From the NCBI GenBank assembly GCA_000004985.1, contig GG738898.1: a stretch of 64,000 nt of DNA; one strand, 5' to 3'. Below are positions 23,212 to 34,003 of this stretch, one piece after another (position 1 is the stretch's first letter; each line of letters opens with the position of its first letter). This DNA is from Naegleria gruberi. Taxonomy: Eukaryota. The notes beneath the pieces were generated by a model, which worked only from the letters and a program-made list of their open reading frames with translations, made no database searches and was not told the DNA's origin. A program made the position numbers and the translations under genes.

Positions 23212-24544
23212 TTAACATATATGTTCATCAACGAATGTGATATCTTTGACAATACCAACTACACACACACAACCATTATCCCTCATTATAAACTTTCCAA
23301 GTTTAGGAATATTTTGTAATGTTTCAAGAGAGATTGGATTGTCAGGTTTCAGTAAAACACGAGCAACCTGGCCACGTCTAAGTTCTGATGGGTTTTCTTT
23401 CCTTTCAGTCTTTAATGGCATTTTGGAGCATTCATAAAACTGTATGAATTGACATCTGGTTTGTAGTGAGTGGCAGTGAAAAGTGGGTTTGTAACCAATC
23501 TTGATTGCTGTTCGTTTCAATACGATAATCTCTGCCTTGAAACATAGCACTTCTCGAGCAGGATCATTTCTACTGTCTGACAATACCATTCCAGACTTTA
23601 CATCTGAACGGCGCACATTTTGCAGTTTGATTGTTACAAACTGACCTGCTTTTGCTTCACTGACACGTTCCCTAAAAATTTCAATGGATTCAATGGTAAC
23701 ATGGGGAACTTTCTTGTTGGGTGTACATCTGAGTTTTGAGTCTAATTTCAATATTCCTGATTCAATTTTTCCAAACACAATTGGTTTGCCACGCTTGTTG
23801 TAAACCTTTGAAATTGGAATTCTAAGTGGTTTATCTTCAAGGTATGTTGGTATCTTTAGTGAATTGATAGCATCCAAAAGTGTTGGACCCTTATACCATT
23901 TCATATCGCAACAATCCACAACATTATCACCTGTCCAAGCAGAAACTGGTATCAACAAAGGATCTCCCTTGTATCCATGCATCTTGTAAATTTTACTCAT
24001 TTCACTATTTTGAATTTCCTTAAATTTTGTTTCCGAGTTTGCAACAAACATGCTATCCATCTTGTTTACACAAAAAATCAATTGAAACTCTCCTAAACTT
24101 TGAGTAGTCAATAATATCTCCTTAACGGTTTGTTGTTCCAAAGAACCAGATTCGGCATCCAAGACAATAATTCCAACATTTGCTTGTGATATTCCTCTAA
24201 TCATACTTTTTACAAACGGAGCAGCTTTCAATTTCTAAGTAAATTTCCAATAATTTCTAATAATTACCTGGAGCATCAATAATATTAATATGAAAATGTT
24301 TTGTCTCAGCCCTGCTATAGGCTAAATGTATACTTCTTCCTCTCCTTGTTTCTTCTCTTGTTCTGGACAGAACATTAGCATAGTGAGTTTTGGCAAATCC
24401 AAATTCTCTCGATTCAACTTGCAATCTTTCAATGATCGAATCATTAACCGTTCCGAGAGAATGTAGCAATCGTCCAGCCAATGTCGATTTACCAGAATCA
24501 ACGCGACCAAGAAACACAATGCTCAGTGTTGGCTTTTCAATCAT
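23212..24544 (-). CDS. EF1A-family translational GTPase paralog (eRF3/HBS1-like, divergent)
   Basis: G1 GRVDSGKST, G3 DAPG, G4 NKMD, G5 SAW. Domains II and III resemble EF1A (KPLRIPISKVY…, GKIESGILK…). A short intron lies near 24215..24256. The only frame-compatible GT-AG option (43 nt) joins …IIDAP to AAPFVKSMIRG… and drops the Gly of DxxG. The 33-nt option gives a stop. So the junction is unresolved, or another indel is present. First ATG is near 24544. Confidence 0.6.
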
Positions 24545-24674
24545 TTTTTTTTTGTAAAGTTTAGCAGCTGATCTGAGTATCAACAACGAATATAGAATCT
24601 GAATAGATTCGTTGTACAAGATAATAAACAGCACTACCAATTTTTTGTAAAGTTGTGAAATCTCTGAATACTTT

Positions 24675-26387
24675 TTATAAATAACTTGTCTCGGAATATT
24701 CAGAGAGCACTTCTTCCTCTGCATTATTCCAACTTGTACTGAGCTCTTTTTCAGCTTCTTTAGCCATTTCCATAAATTTTTCTCCTAATATTGTACACAA
24801 ATTATTGTAATGGAACATACTGCTAACACTATACAAGTTTGATGGCTTGAGCGAATCGACAACCTGTTCTTTACCAAATTTGTCAATCAATAGTTCTAGC
24901 CATTCTTTGTAACCAAACGTAGTTTCCTCATTCCACATATAATTATGAAGAATAATATAAGAACATAAGGATACTGTTTCGGTGGTTCCAGTCGATTTGT
25001 AGGTCCTTTCTATACATAAAGGGAAATCTAATGATTTGATCAAGTCAACTGGAACAAAAGGTGAATAATTAATACAAGAGAATAAAAATGATTGTTGGAG
25101 GTGTTTTGGAAGATTGTTAATCTCATTGTTGCTAGTATATTTTTGAAATATCTTATCAAATCTGTTTAACTTGTCATAAATAGATCTTCCATAGCAATAT
25201 TCTTGAGATGTGTCATTTCCATAATATTTTGTATAGGTGTCCATCAATAGTTCAATAATTTTGAAGACTTTTTGTTTGGTTTCATCTGACAATGTTCGTT
25301 CATCAAAACTATAATGGTGACCTTTATAACCTTTTGCTAGACATGATATAGATTGGTAAATGAAATCGACTTTGCACTGATTTGCAGGTTGAACGTTATA
25401 AGTAATATATCTAGATTTTTTCTTTTTGAACAAGTTTCTTTCTGTAAAGAACTTTTTTTGAAAGGTTTGATCAAATTTAAAGACTATTGCTAGTGTTTTT
25501 TCTAAAAAGTCCATGTAAGAGTTAAACGTGTCTTCAGTTAGTTGAACGTTGCCTTTAAATAGTAACGAATAGTAAATTCTCAAATAAGTAGAATGAAATT
25601 CCAACTCATGACGAAGATGATTCGAATAATCAAAAGCCCATTGAACTCTCCATTGGTGATCTTTGAGAATTTTCGGATTTCTTAAATTGATTTCTATGGA
25701 TTTTCTTCTCTTTTCTTCATCCCAAAAAGATGGCTTATTGGGCCTACGCATTGAGTTGTCCTCATAAGTAATTTCATCTGGATTATCAATTGGCTTTTCA
25801 ACTAATGTACATATTTTGATTGATTGTTTCAATGCTCTATCAATTCTATCTCTATACTCTTCATAAATATGAGGAAATTGCTCATTGCATTTAGCAATCA
25901 ACTTTCTCAGCTCACCTCTCAATTTACTCATACTGCTACCATTGGAAAGGACGTTTAATCGACTTCTAGTGTAGTAATGTCTTCTTACCCTCATTCTTCT
26001 TCCGTTACCAGTATTTCTTTGAGTTTCCAAAAGTGGCTTATAATTGTGTGAGTTATTTTCCTCATCATAATCATTCTCATTATTCACAAAAACAGATCTA
26101 TTTACAATTCGATCAATGACCAAATCTAATTGTCTAATTGTTAACTTTTCATTCAATAATCTGTAGAATAATCCTCCATCACGATTATTTTGTGAATTAA
26201 ATTCTGCAATATCGCATCCTATCAGTGCTGAAAATACACTTTTAGAAATGCCGAACAATTTAATTTTCTCTTGTTGATTGTTTGGTAGTGGAGGCAAATT
26301 GCTAATTGTTGAAGTCCGTAGCAATTCATCAAGAGTGAAAAATTGCAAAATAACTACCCATATATCTTGTGGAAGCTCGTTAACCAT
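24675..26387 (-). CDS. F-box protein, 570 aa
   Basis: N-terminal F-box LPQDIWVVILQFFTLDELLRTSTIS. The remainder is unassigned. ATG at 26387, TAA stop. The C-terminus abuts the GTPase gene upstream region. Confidence 0.5.
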   Translation of the reverse strand: MVNELPQDIWVVILQFFTLDELLRTSTISNLPPLPNNQQEKIKLFGISKSVFSALIGCDIAEFNSQNNRDGGLFYRLLNEKLTIRQLDLVIDRIVNRSVFVNNENDYDEENNSHNYKPLLETQRNTGNGRRMRVRRHYYTRSRLNVLSNGSSMSKLRGELRKLIAKCNEQFPHIYEEYRDRIDRALKQSIKICTLVEKPIDNPDEITYEDNSMRRPNKPSFWDEEKRRKSIEINLRNPKILKDHQWRVQWAFDYSNHLRHELEFHSTYLRIYYSLLFKGNVQLTEDTFNSYMDFLEKTLAIVFKFDQTFQKKFFTERNLFKKKKSRYITYNVQPANQCKVDFIYQSISCLAKGYKGHHYSFDERTLSDETKQKVFKIIELLMDTYTKYYGNDTSQEYCYGRSIYDKLNRFDKIFQKYTSNNEINNLPKHLQQSFLFSCINYSPFVPVDLIKSLDFPLCIERTYKSTGTTETVSLCSYIILHNYMWNEETTFGYKEWLELLIDKFGKEQVVDSLKPSNLYSVSSMFHYNNLCTILGEKFMEMAKEAEKELSTSWNNAEEEVLSEYSETSYL

Positions 26388-26550
26388 TTTTTTTGAATGT
26401 TAAATTTCAGAAATTACTTGGTTGACTGACTAATTGTAACATGTACAATTATCTATCAGCAAACGATGAATGATTAAGGTGATTTGTTGTTGTTAAACAA
26501 TTGTTTCAGATCACCAATCATGTCTTGTCACTGTTAACAATCAAAAAAAA

Positions 26551-27708
26551 ATGTTTCACTTTAAACTGCACTCTGCCAGCAATCTTCCGAAAGCTGATAC
26601 CATTGGTTCGATCGATGGCTACGCATTAGTAAAGATACCAATTTCTGGTGGACTCTATACCGAATTCAAGACCTCTGTTGTGAAAAACAGTTATGATCCC
26701 AAGTGGAAATTTACTTGTCCAATAGTTCATAATCCTGACACTAGTAGAGATGTAATTGTTGTGATTATGGATCATGACAAGGTGGGCCAGAATGATTTTG
26801 TCTGCCACTGTAGAATTTCCTTTGTAAATTTGTTAACTCCGTGCAGAAAGAATACATGGAAGTTGGAGTGTGAAAAGGGTTTTTCTCCACAAAGAAAAGG
26901 TGAAGATTGTCTCATCAAATTCTCTTCGTGTCTTTCACCATCTTTTGAACAACTGGTTGAAAGTGTAAAATCAAAGAATGAGGAAACTATTGTTGACTCT
27001 GCCAAGAAGCAAATCTTGGTTAAAATTCCATCCACTGGTTATTATTTGAGAGCTAAATACGGAAAGAATTTATCCCTATCCATCTATGATACAATGCAAG
27101 AGAGAGCAGGATTGGCCGAATTTGTCATTCCTGAACACAACTCTATTGTGAAGAATCATTTCAGTTCATTGCCTGATACTTTGAATGGATTGAAGGTTTA
27201 CAGACAAATCAAATTGAAGAAACAATTAATTCCTTCAGATATCTCAAATATTCAAATTGGAATCTCTCAACTTTCAACAGTGTTGGAAACAAAGGAAGGT
27301 GATGTCACAAGGAATCATGGATGGACTGGATCATTCAGTTATCAAGAAGCCAAGAAGGTCCTCAAAAACGTCATTTGTGATGATGGTCCTCAAACCATCT
27401 ACATGATTGAGGATTACTTCTTTATCAAATGTGATTGGGATAGCTCAAATGGTGATGAAGTAATTGGTCTATTAGATCCATTCAAATCTCAAGGTTATCA
27501 TTTGGAAAACAAGTACAGCAGTAAGCGTGAATTCTATGTAAAAACATTTGCAAAACCAAAGAATGTACTCGGAACAGGAAAGACCTACTCCCTCACATCA
27601 GAAGTTAAGGATTTGGAGTATCCTTATTCCTTGTCCGATATTACCATCACTCTCTCCAAAAAACAAGATACTCAATGCTATCCTCTTTCCAAATTTTTAT
27701 CTCATTAA
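26551..27708 (+). CDS. C2-domain protein, 385 aa
   Basis: The N-terminal about 110 aa have a C2 (Ca2+/lipid-binding) pattern: …YALVKI…SYDPKWKFTCPI…DVIVVIMDHDKVGQNDFVCH…. The C-terminal part is unassigned. TAA stop. Confidence 0.5.
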   Translation: MFHFKLHSASNLPKADTIGSIDGYALVKIPISGGLYTEFKTSVVKNSYDPKWKFTCPIVHNPDTSRDVIVVIMDHDKVGQNDFVCHCRISFVNLLTPCRKNTWKLECEKGFSPQRKGEDCLIKFSSCLSPSFEQLVESVKSKNEETIVDSAKKQILVKIPSTGYYLRAKYGKNLSLSIYDTMQERAGLAEFVIPEHNSIVKNHFSSLPDTLNGLKVYRQIKLKKQLIPSDISNIQIGISQLSTVLETKEGDVTRNHGWTGSFSYQEAKKVLKNVICDDGPQTIYMIEDYFFIKCDWDSSNGDEVIGLLDPFKSQGYHLENKYSSKREFYVKTFAKPKNVLGTGKTYSLTSEVKDLEYPYSLSDITITLSKKQDTQCYPLSKFLSH

Positions 27709-28116
27709 TAATGCCACTATTAATAATTATTACCACTCCTACTATTTCATGTAATTGAATGAGGAGATTTGTTCCGTACTAGATTCATTCGATCACGTGA
27801 TGGCTATAATCTTAATAAATAACAATTTAATTTGTGAATTGATGAATATTTTTTTTACATTGCATCGTCAGAAGTGTTCCTTATTTTCATTTTCTCTTAG
27901 AACCTATTCGATGTGCAAGTAGAAGAGAATTTAATTGTATACAGTGTTGATCCCGATACAAATTAGGTGTTTGTGCTGTATCTCGATCATTTCTCAAACA
28001 AGTATGAAATCCGTCATTACGTTATCTCCTTCAAATTCAAACAAGATCATGGAAGGATCCAATTGGTTATTACAATTCATCAAAAAAACAAAACAACATA
28101 TTATCATATCCACAAA

Positions 28117-28846
28117 ATGTCCATCGATTATCAAGCCATTACAAATAAGTGGGAAGAAGCAGTTACACTTGCTCAATCCTATGAAAAGACACCAGAAAAG
28201 TTTACTGCATACAGCACTGGTGAAACTACTATTACTTATTGTGAACATACTGATGGTACTATTATTAAAGGAGAGGTAGGTTTATTTGTTAGCAGTTTCG
28301 AATATATTTAATGATCTTTCCGATAACTTGATGATCATCACAAAATTAATTTACAAATAGTGCATTGTTTTAAATTGCAAAGCTTCTGAATTAATTGCTG
28401 TTCTTGAAGTCACCGATCAAAATGTCAGAAAGCAATTCGATGCCAAAACTAAATCATTGCAAGTATTAGAAACCTTCAACCAAGACAATGGCAAATACAC
28501 TGTCAGACACTATGTCGTCACCTCTCCATCCATGATGGTCTCTGAACGTGATTTCCTCTATGTTGAACATCACAAAACCGAAGGAAATGTCACAACTTAC
28601 CTTACCACTTCCATTGATGGTTTATATCCAGAAGATAAGTGCACTCCAGTTGGTGTTAGAGCAACTAATATCTTTTCATATTTCAAGATGATTGAAGAGG
28701 GAGATGATTTGCACGTTGTCTTTTTGGGTCAAGCTAATCCTAATGGATGGATTCCAACTGCTGTTGCTAATCAAGTTGTTTATGAGAGACCATTGGGTGT
28801 TGTTAATGCTGCTAAACATATTGGAAAGTCCACTAAGGGTGTTTAA
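28117..28846 (+). CDS. START-domain (StAR-related lipid-transfer) protein, 2 exons
   Basis: Exon 1 28117..28275 (MSIDYQAITNKWEEAV…IIKGE). 85-nt intron GTAGGT…AAATAG at 28276..28360. Exon 2 28361..28846. The C-terminal START hallmark is …VRATNIFSYFKM…DDLHVVFLGQANPNGWIPTAVANQVV…. About 150 nt of in-frame open sequence lie upstream of the first ATG. Confidence 0.6.
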
Positions 28847-28936
28847 ATAAACAAGTTAGCTCACAAACAATCTTAGCACTTTCGGTAATTCTTTTGAAAT
28901 ATCTATTCGAAAGTCCAATAAGTTTACAGAAATTGT

Positions 28937-29854
28937 TTAATATTTATTAATTCTCTTCTTTGGAAGAATAACTTGAATAGTACATTGTCTCAATTTGTCC
29001 TTCTTGATTTGATTCAAGAATTCTTGTCTTGTCTTTCTCCAATTATTCTTTGGTGCTTGAGTTGCTGATGAGGAGGAAGAATTCATTCTAATAATTTGCA
29101 ATTTCTTCAAATCCTTTTCACTCAACAATTTCTTCAAGTTGGTATTTCCACAGAATCTTTGGTGATGCTTCAAATAGGATGATCTGATGCATTTGTGGCA
29201 TTTGGAACATTCAGAAAATGTTTGTTTCTTTTGAATTGTTTCAGTTTGGCAGCTGGAAGTGTTGGTTGACTTGGATTCAGTTTGACATTCTTGATTTTTT
29301 ACAATTTTGGTGGAAGGATTTCTGATTAATTCTTTGAACAAGAGTTCCATTTGCATCAATCTACCCTTCAAGATGGAATTTTCTTCCTTGAGAGCTTTCT
29401 TTTCCTTTCTCAATGTTTCCAACTCATTATTGGAAACTTTCTTGGTAGACTTCTTGGCAGAATTCTTCTTGGCTTGTTCTTGTTGTTGCTTCAAAACCAA
29501 ATCAACTCTGATGGATTTTCTCCTCAAATATGGGAATGGACCTTGTGGTTTCTTATTAGAAACAGCAATTGGAGTTTCGTCAAAAGAGAATTGAGGAGCT
29601 GTTGAAGTGGAGAAACTGGTTTGTTGTTGAGTGAGAGTTGCTGGTTTACGAGTTGGAACGAGAATTGGAACGTTATCAAAGACTGATGACTTTGGAATAG
29701 TTTGATTTCTTCTAGTTTCGAATTCTTGCATAATCATTTTGCTTGTTTTTTTTGTGTTGTTGTTGATGCGTTGAGTGAATACTGTGAGGACGTTAAATAG
29801 CTGATTGTGATTTGATTCAAGTTGCCAATATTGGAAAGGAGGAAGGTCCATCAA
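28937..29854 (-). CDS. Basic/coiled-coil (bZIP-like) protein with C-terminal Cys/His zinc-finger-like motif
   Basis: A Lys/Arg-rich stretch is followed by heptad Leu spacing (LETLRKEKKALKEENSILKGRLMQMELLFKEL). Then CSKCHKCIRSSYLKHHQRFC. Low-complexity, weak family assignment. TAA stop. Confidence 0.3.
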   Translation of the reverse strand: MMDLPPFQYWQLESNHNQLFNVLTVFTQRINNNTKKTSKMIMQEFETRRNQTIPKSSVFDNVPILVPTRKPATLTQQQTSFSTSTAPQFSFDETPIAVSNKKPQGPFPYLRRKSIRVDLVLKQQQEQAKKNSAKKSTKKVSNNELETLRKEKKALKEENSILKGRLMQMELLFKELIRNPSTKIVKNQECQTESKSTNTSSCQTETIQKKQTFSECSKCHKCIRSSYLKHHQRFCGNTNLKKLLSEKDLKKLQIIRMNSSSSSATQAPKNNWRKTRQEFLNQIKKDKLRQCTIQVILPKKRINKY

Positions 29855-30032
29855 TACCTGTCACTTGCTTTTAACAAAATTCAAGGCAATTGTCAAAAAT
29901 AGACCTGTTCAAAGTAACCTCCCTCTTATACTTCCCTCATAATCTGGTTTATTAATAAAAAACATTAAGGAAATGTATTAAGGATGCTGTCTATAATGAA
30001 CATGTAAGGATACCATTGAACATGAAATGTAA

Positions 30033-30105
30033 GGGGATGTAGCTCACATGGTAGAGCGCTTCTTTAGCATGGAAGAGGTACGGGGATCGATACCCCGCAT
30101 CTCCA
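30033..30105 (+). tRNA. tRNA-Ala(AGC): tRNA-Ala (anticodon AGC), no intron
   Basis: GGGGATGTAGCTCACATGGTAGAGCGCTTCTTTAGCATGGAAGAGGTACGGGGATCGATACCCCGCATCTCCA. It has the G3:U70 Ala identity pair in the acceptor stem. The anticodon loop is TT-AGC-AT. A T7 run follows immediately downstream. Confidence 0.9.
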
Positions 30106-30111
30106 CTCTGA

Positions 30112-30118
30112 TTTTTTT
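30112..30118 (+). terminator. Pol III terminator T-run downstream of tRNA-Ala
   Basis: TTTTTTT lies 7 nt after the tRNA 3' end. Confidence 0.5.
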
Positions 30119-30399
30119 GTTTGGCTTAAATTTCTTATTAGGTGTTGGTGGAGCAAATTTGTTGAGCGGGAGGAGAATTTGGTGGGGTAGCCTGTTGACT
30201 AGAGGAAGAGAGCTGCTTTCATTTTCTTTAAGTCTCCCAACTCACTCTTTCCTCTGATCAAATTAAAATTGAAAAGCAAAGAACTTTTTCTATTTAAAAC
30301 TTTAAAAAAAATATTCAAATTGATTTGAACGTTTCTCGCTTTTTGAACAGCAACAGATTTTCAAAGTTCCATCAGTACACAGTATTTGATGGAGTAATA

Positions 30400-31934
30400 A
30401 TGGGGTCAAAATCATCAAAGGTGATCAAAACAAAACAACGACCACGTACAAATTCATCTTCTATTGTCATGACAGACCAACAATCATCAAGTACTCTTTC
30501 CGATCCTCAATATTGCAATCTTTCGAGTATTTATTCGGATCCTTGCCACTTATTTTCTGTGGCTACAAAGAAATTTGTCAGTGTTGATTTTCTGAAGAAA
30601 TTGGAGGGAAGAGTAGAAATCAAGGATTTTATTGGAGGCTCACAACATTTGTTTGTGTGGTTGGAGGATGATCCTTATGAAAATTTCATTCCCAACAAGG
30701 AATATATTGTCAATGTAAAACATAATTTGTATGGCACATTGGAAAATGATTATGGACAGTGTTCAGAGTTGACACCAAATCAAAAAGTCAAATTGGATTT
30801 GAAGGAGAGTGATTTTTTGGCAAAATTAAAGAAGGACAAGGATATTATAGCCAAGGCATCAAATCAAGTTTGGACTTTGAACAATTATTCATTCTTTCAT
30901 ATTATTACTAGAGGAGAATATAATATGGAACTAGTGCTCGGAAGTGGATGGAATAATGTTGGATGTTGCTCTGTTGGAGAAAGTACTAGTAGTATTGCTG
31001 AAGCAAGACCTGTTATATTCGATATTGAAGGAAATCATACACTCTTCTTGCCAGAAGGACAGGAAATTACGCATATTTGTACAGGGGTGAGTATCATTTG
31101 CTTCGTCAAAATATCTAATGATTTTAAAATTTGTAATTATATTTTTAGGGCTGTAACTCAATTATTGTCTCGAAAGATATTCACACAAATCAGCAATTTG
31201 TCTATGGATCTGGAGAAACTTTCCGTCATGTTAACTATGACTATGCTGCCACTTCACTGTTCACTTTGAATAAGCAAATGTGTCAGGATATAGGCTCTGG
31301 AAGATTCATTAAGAAAGCACTCTCAGGATATGGTTCAAGCCATTTTTTACTATCGGATGGTATTTTACTGACCTATGGAACCTATCCTCTGAGTAGATCA
31401 GGTCTCCATAAAATCGACTCTTCAATGATTCGACAAGAGACCATCTCAGATTTTATTTGCTACGAAGATTTGTTTGCAATTTTAACTAGAGAAGGAAATA
31501 TTTGGGTATCTTCAGCTGAAAGAGCATTGACTGTGAGTGAATTTGAACCAGGAACAATCGTTCAAATGGTACCTTCACTTAGATTCAATGCCATTACTTT
31601 AAGAACAAGAGATGATGATATTCTTCTCATCTCAGACAGAGATTTTGAAAACAGCCAGACGCTTAATGAGAAACTCTTACAACCTCTAACATTGGACTCA
31701 TTCATTACTCAAATGGGATTGACAGGAACTGAAGAAGATGAACGTAAATTAAGAACTCTTGCCAGATTAGCTCAATGCCAAGAATTTAGCATTTCAGTTC
31801 ATTGTCTACACAATTTTGTTATAGCTTTCAAACCAAATCAAAAGAAGAATGCTGCCAAGAAGAGAATGTTACAAAAACTCAAAGAACAATTACTTTCCTC
31901 ATCCAATCCTTTCCAAGATTTAACCTTTGTGTAA
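30400..31934 (+). CDS. Hypothetical protein, 2 exons, N-terminal myristoylation-type motif MGSKSSK; possible beta-propeller repeats
   Basis: Exon 1 30400..31086. 62-nt intron GTGAGT…TTTTTAG at 31087..31148. Exon 2 31149..31934. It joins track ORFs 30325..31269 and 31266..31934 (…HICTG|GCNSIIVSKD…). Repeated GSG/YG motifs (VYGSGETF, TYGTYPL) suggest RCC1/propeller-like blades. Weak assignment. TAA stop. Confidence 0.45.
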
Positions 31935-32259
31935 AAAATCACTGTAAATAATTATGCCTCTAAATTACATGTAATCTACTTGATCATTTGTAAAGATAAC
32001 CAGGAAACAAATGACGAATACTATCAACATGTTACCATAGATGTAACTTTCGAATAAAAAGTCACTGTAATTGAATTGTAAAGGCAATTGCATTTTTGTT
32101 GTTGATTGGTATGTTCAATTTATCAGCCCATCAGACAGTCAAACGTCACTTTTAATATTTATCAAATCAACAAGAAAAAAAATCCAAGAGACAATCTCTT
32201 TGTGAATACTCCCCACAAACACATACTCTAAAACGCAATAGTTAAAAAACTATTCCAAA

Positions 32260-33372
32260 ATGTCCAGTCAACTCTTCTCTGAATGGTCAGCCATCGCTGA
32301 CGCCATTGCTGATGTCAGATCCGATCAAACACCAACTAATTGGATGGTTTGTGGTTATGTTGATGGAGCTGTCAAGGTTTTGGAACTTAAAGCCAAAGGT
32401 GAAGGTGGTGTTGATGAAATGAAAGAACAATTCAAAGCAACCAATGCCTATTATGGTTTGGCTCGTATTGAAGAAATGATTGATTCCTCATTGACCATTA
32501 AATTTGCCTTTGTTAAATTTGTTGGTGATGATTTAAAGCCACTCCTTCGTGCTGGTATTACACCTCAAGTTGGTGATATTACTACCAAATTCAAGCCATA
32601 TCACGTTGATATGTACATTACCTCACAAGATGAAATTTCACAACATGTTATTGAAGAATTGGTTGGTAAGGCATCAATGAGTCGTTCCAATGTTATGGAA
32701 AAACACGAAGGTGAAAAGATTCAAAGAGATAATGAAGAAAGACAACGTAGATTGGATTCCCACGTCAAGTTACAACAACAATCATCATCTTCATCAACAG
32801 TTGGTACAAGCTCACCAACTACAAGCACTGCCACATCATCCCCTGTTCGTTCTGCCTCCACTACAACTAGACCAGTGAGTAGCAGTCCAAGACCAAGTAC
32901 TCCTCTCTCAAGTGGTGGAGGTGTTTCTGGTGGTGTTGAATTTGATAATATTGATTCCATTCAAGAAGCAATTAGATCTGTCAGAAATGATGGAGATGCT
33001 ACCAATTGGATGTCTATTACTTATGCACCAAATTCAAAGACTAAACTTACCTTGTTAGGAAAGGGTGAAGGTGGTGTTGATGAAATGAAGGATTCTTGGG
33101 GACCAACTGGTGTCTATTTCGGATTGGTTCGTGTCACTGAAATTATTGATGATTCTGAAACTGTTAAATTCGTCTTTGTTCACATGTTGGGTGATAATGT
33201 TCATCCAATGTTGAAGGGACGTGTCTCCACTCACAAGGGTCAAGTTGAAGCTTTATTACAACCTTATCACACTACCTTTTTCACAACCAATAAGGATGAA
33301 ATCTCACAAGAAGAACTCTCCATCTTGGTTGCTAAGGCATCTCAATCCTACAAGTGGGAAATTAAAAAGTAA
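32260..33372 (+). CDS. Tandem ADF-H (coactosin/Abp1-type actin-depolymerisation-factor homology) domain protein, 370 aa
   Basis: Two copies of the ADF-H pattern (W…CGYVDGAVKVLELKAKGEGGVDEMKE…KFAFVKFVGDD…YHVDMYIT… and WMSITYAPNSKTKLTLLGKGEGGVDEMKD…KFVFVHMLGDN…YHTTFFTT…). They are separated by a Ser/Thr/Pro-rich linker. Single exon, TAA stop. Confidence 0.7.
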   Translation: MSSQLFSEWSAIADAIADVRSDQTPTNWMVCGYVDGAVKVLELKAKGEGGVDEMKEQFKATNAYYGLARIEEMIDSSLTIKFAFVKFVGDDLKPLLRAGITPQVGDITTKFKPYHVDMYITSQDEISQHVIEELVGKASMSRSNVMEKHEGEKIQRDNEERQRRLDSHVKLQQQSSSSSTVGTSSPTTSTATSSPVRSASTTTRPVSSSPRPSTPLSSGGGVSGGVEFDNIDSIQEAIRSVRNDGDATNWMSITYAPNSKTKLTLLGKGEGGVDEMKDSWGPTGVYFGLVRVTEIIDDSETVKFVFVHMLGDNVHPMLKGRVSTHKGQVEALLQPYHTTFFTTNKDEISQEELSILVAKASQSYKWEIKK

Positions 33373-34003
33373 ACATCATCTCAATATGTGTTTTATTATT
33401 TTAACTCTCAATATTACATTCTGTCCTCTTTCCTTAATTCTAATTATTGGAGTTGCTTTCATAGTTCTAATTATTGAAGTAGAGTTAGTTGAACATTATT
33501 ATGAACTGTCACAGTCTCCTTTCCATACTCTTCATTCATTCGAACACCAAAACACTCCAAACCCTTATTGAACCACCTCCAGCTGTACCACATATATCTT
33601 ATAGGCCAACGGAATGATAACCGAACACATCCATTAAAGAATTTATTCAAAATGGATTGCTCAAATAAGTTGCCGCACAATCGTAAATGACAATCTCGCC
33701 TCTCCAAAACTGTCGTCATAATATACAATATTCCCTGTAGAAAAAAATTAGATTCTCTCTGACTATCTCCTCAGTTTTTTACTGCATCATCATCACCCAC
33801 AACAGTAGCGTTGAGATTTGTTTGGGGAGTGTATATAATACAAGTAATAGATTGCAATATTAAATTTTATATATAGTGGAAAATAGCAGAGACGATATTA
33901 TTTTAATAGGCTGCAACACGAAAACTTCTCTATTTGTAGATAATACGAGTTGTTATAAAAACTATAATCGGAAGCTTGTCTTTTAAGAAAATTGGATCAC
34001 AAG

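Noticed and set aside
27300-27480. Possible SH2 domain in the C2 protein (…NHGWTGSFSYQEAKKVLKN…)
   Set aside because: It superficially resembles the SH2 N-terminus (W..G.IsR.eAe.lL). It lacks the invariant FLVR arginine and the rest of the fold pattern. Not supported.
30048-30257. 69-aa plus-strand ORF overlapping tRNA-Ala (and the 66-aa minus ORF 4772-4972 overlapping tRNA-Pro)
   Set aside because: The sequence folds as a canonical tRNA with a G3:U70 acceptor pair. The ORFs are chance open frames through the tRNA.
33992-34003. Track start codons at 33992, 13732, 20361, 41794, 31266, 28457, 38086 and 37619 labelled M
   Set aside because: These are TTG or GTG in the DNA. The ORF finder translates alternative starts as Met. 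Real starts were moved to the first ATG, or the segment is an internal exon.
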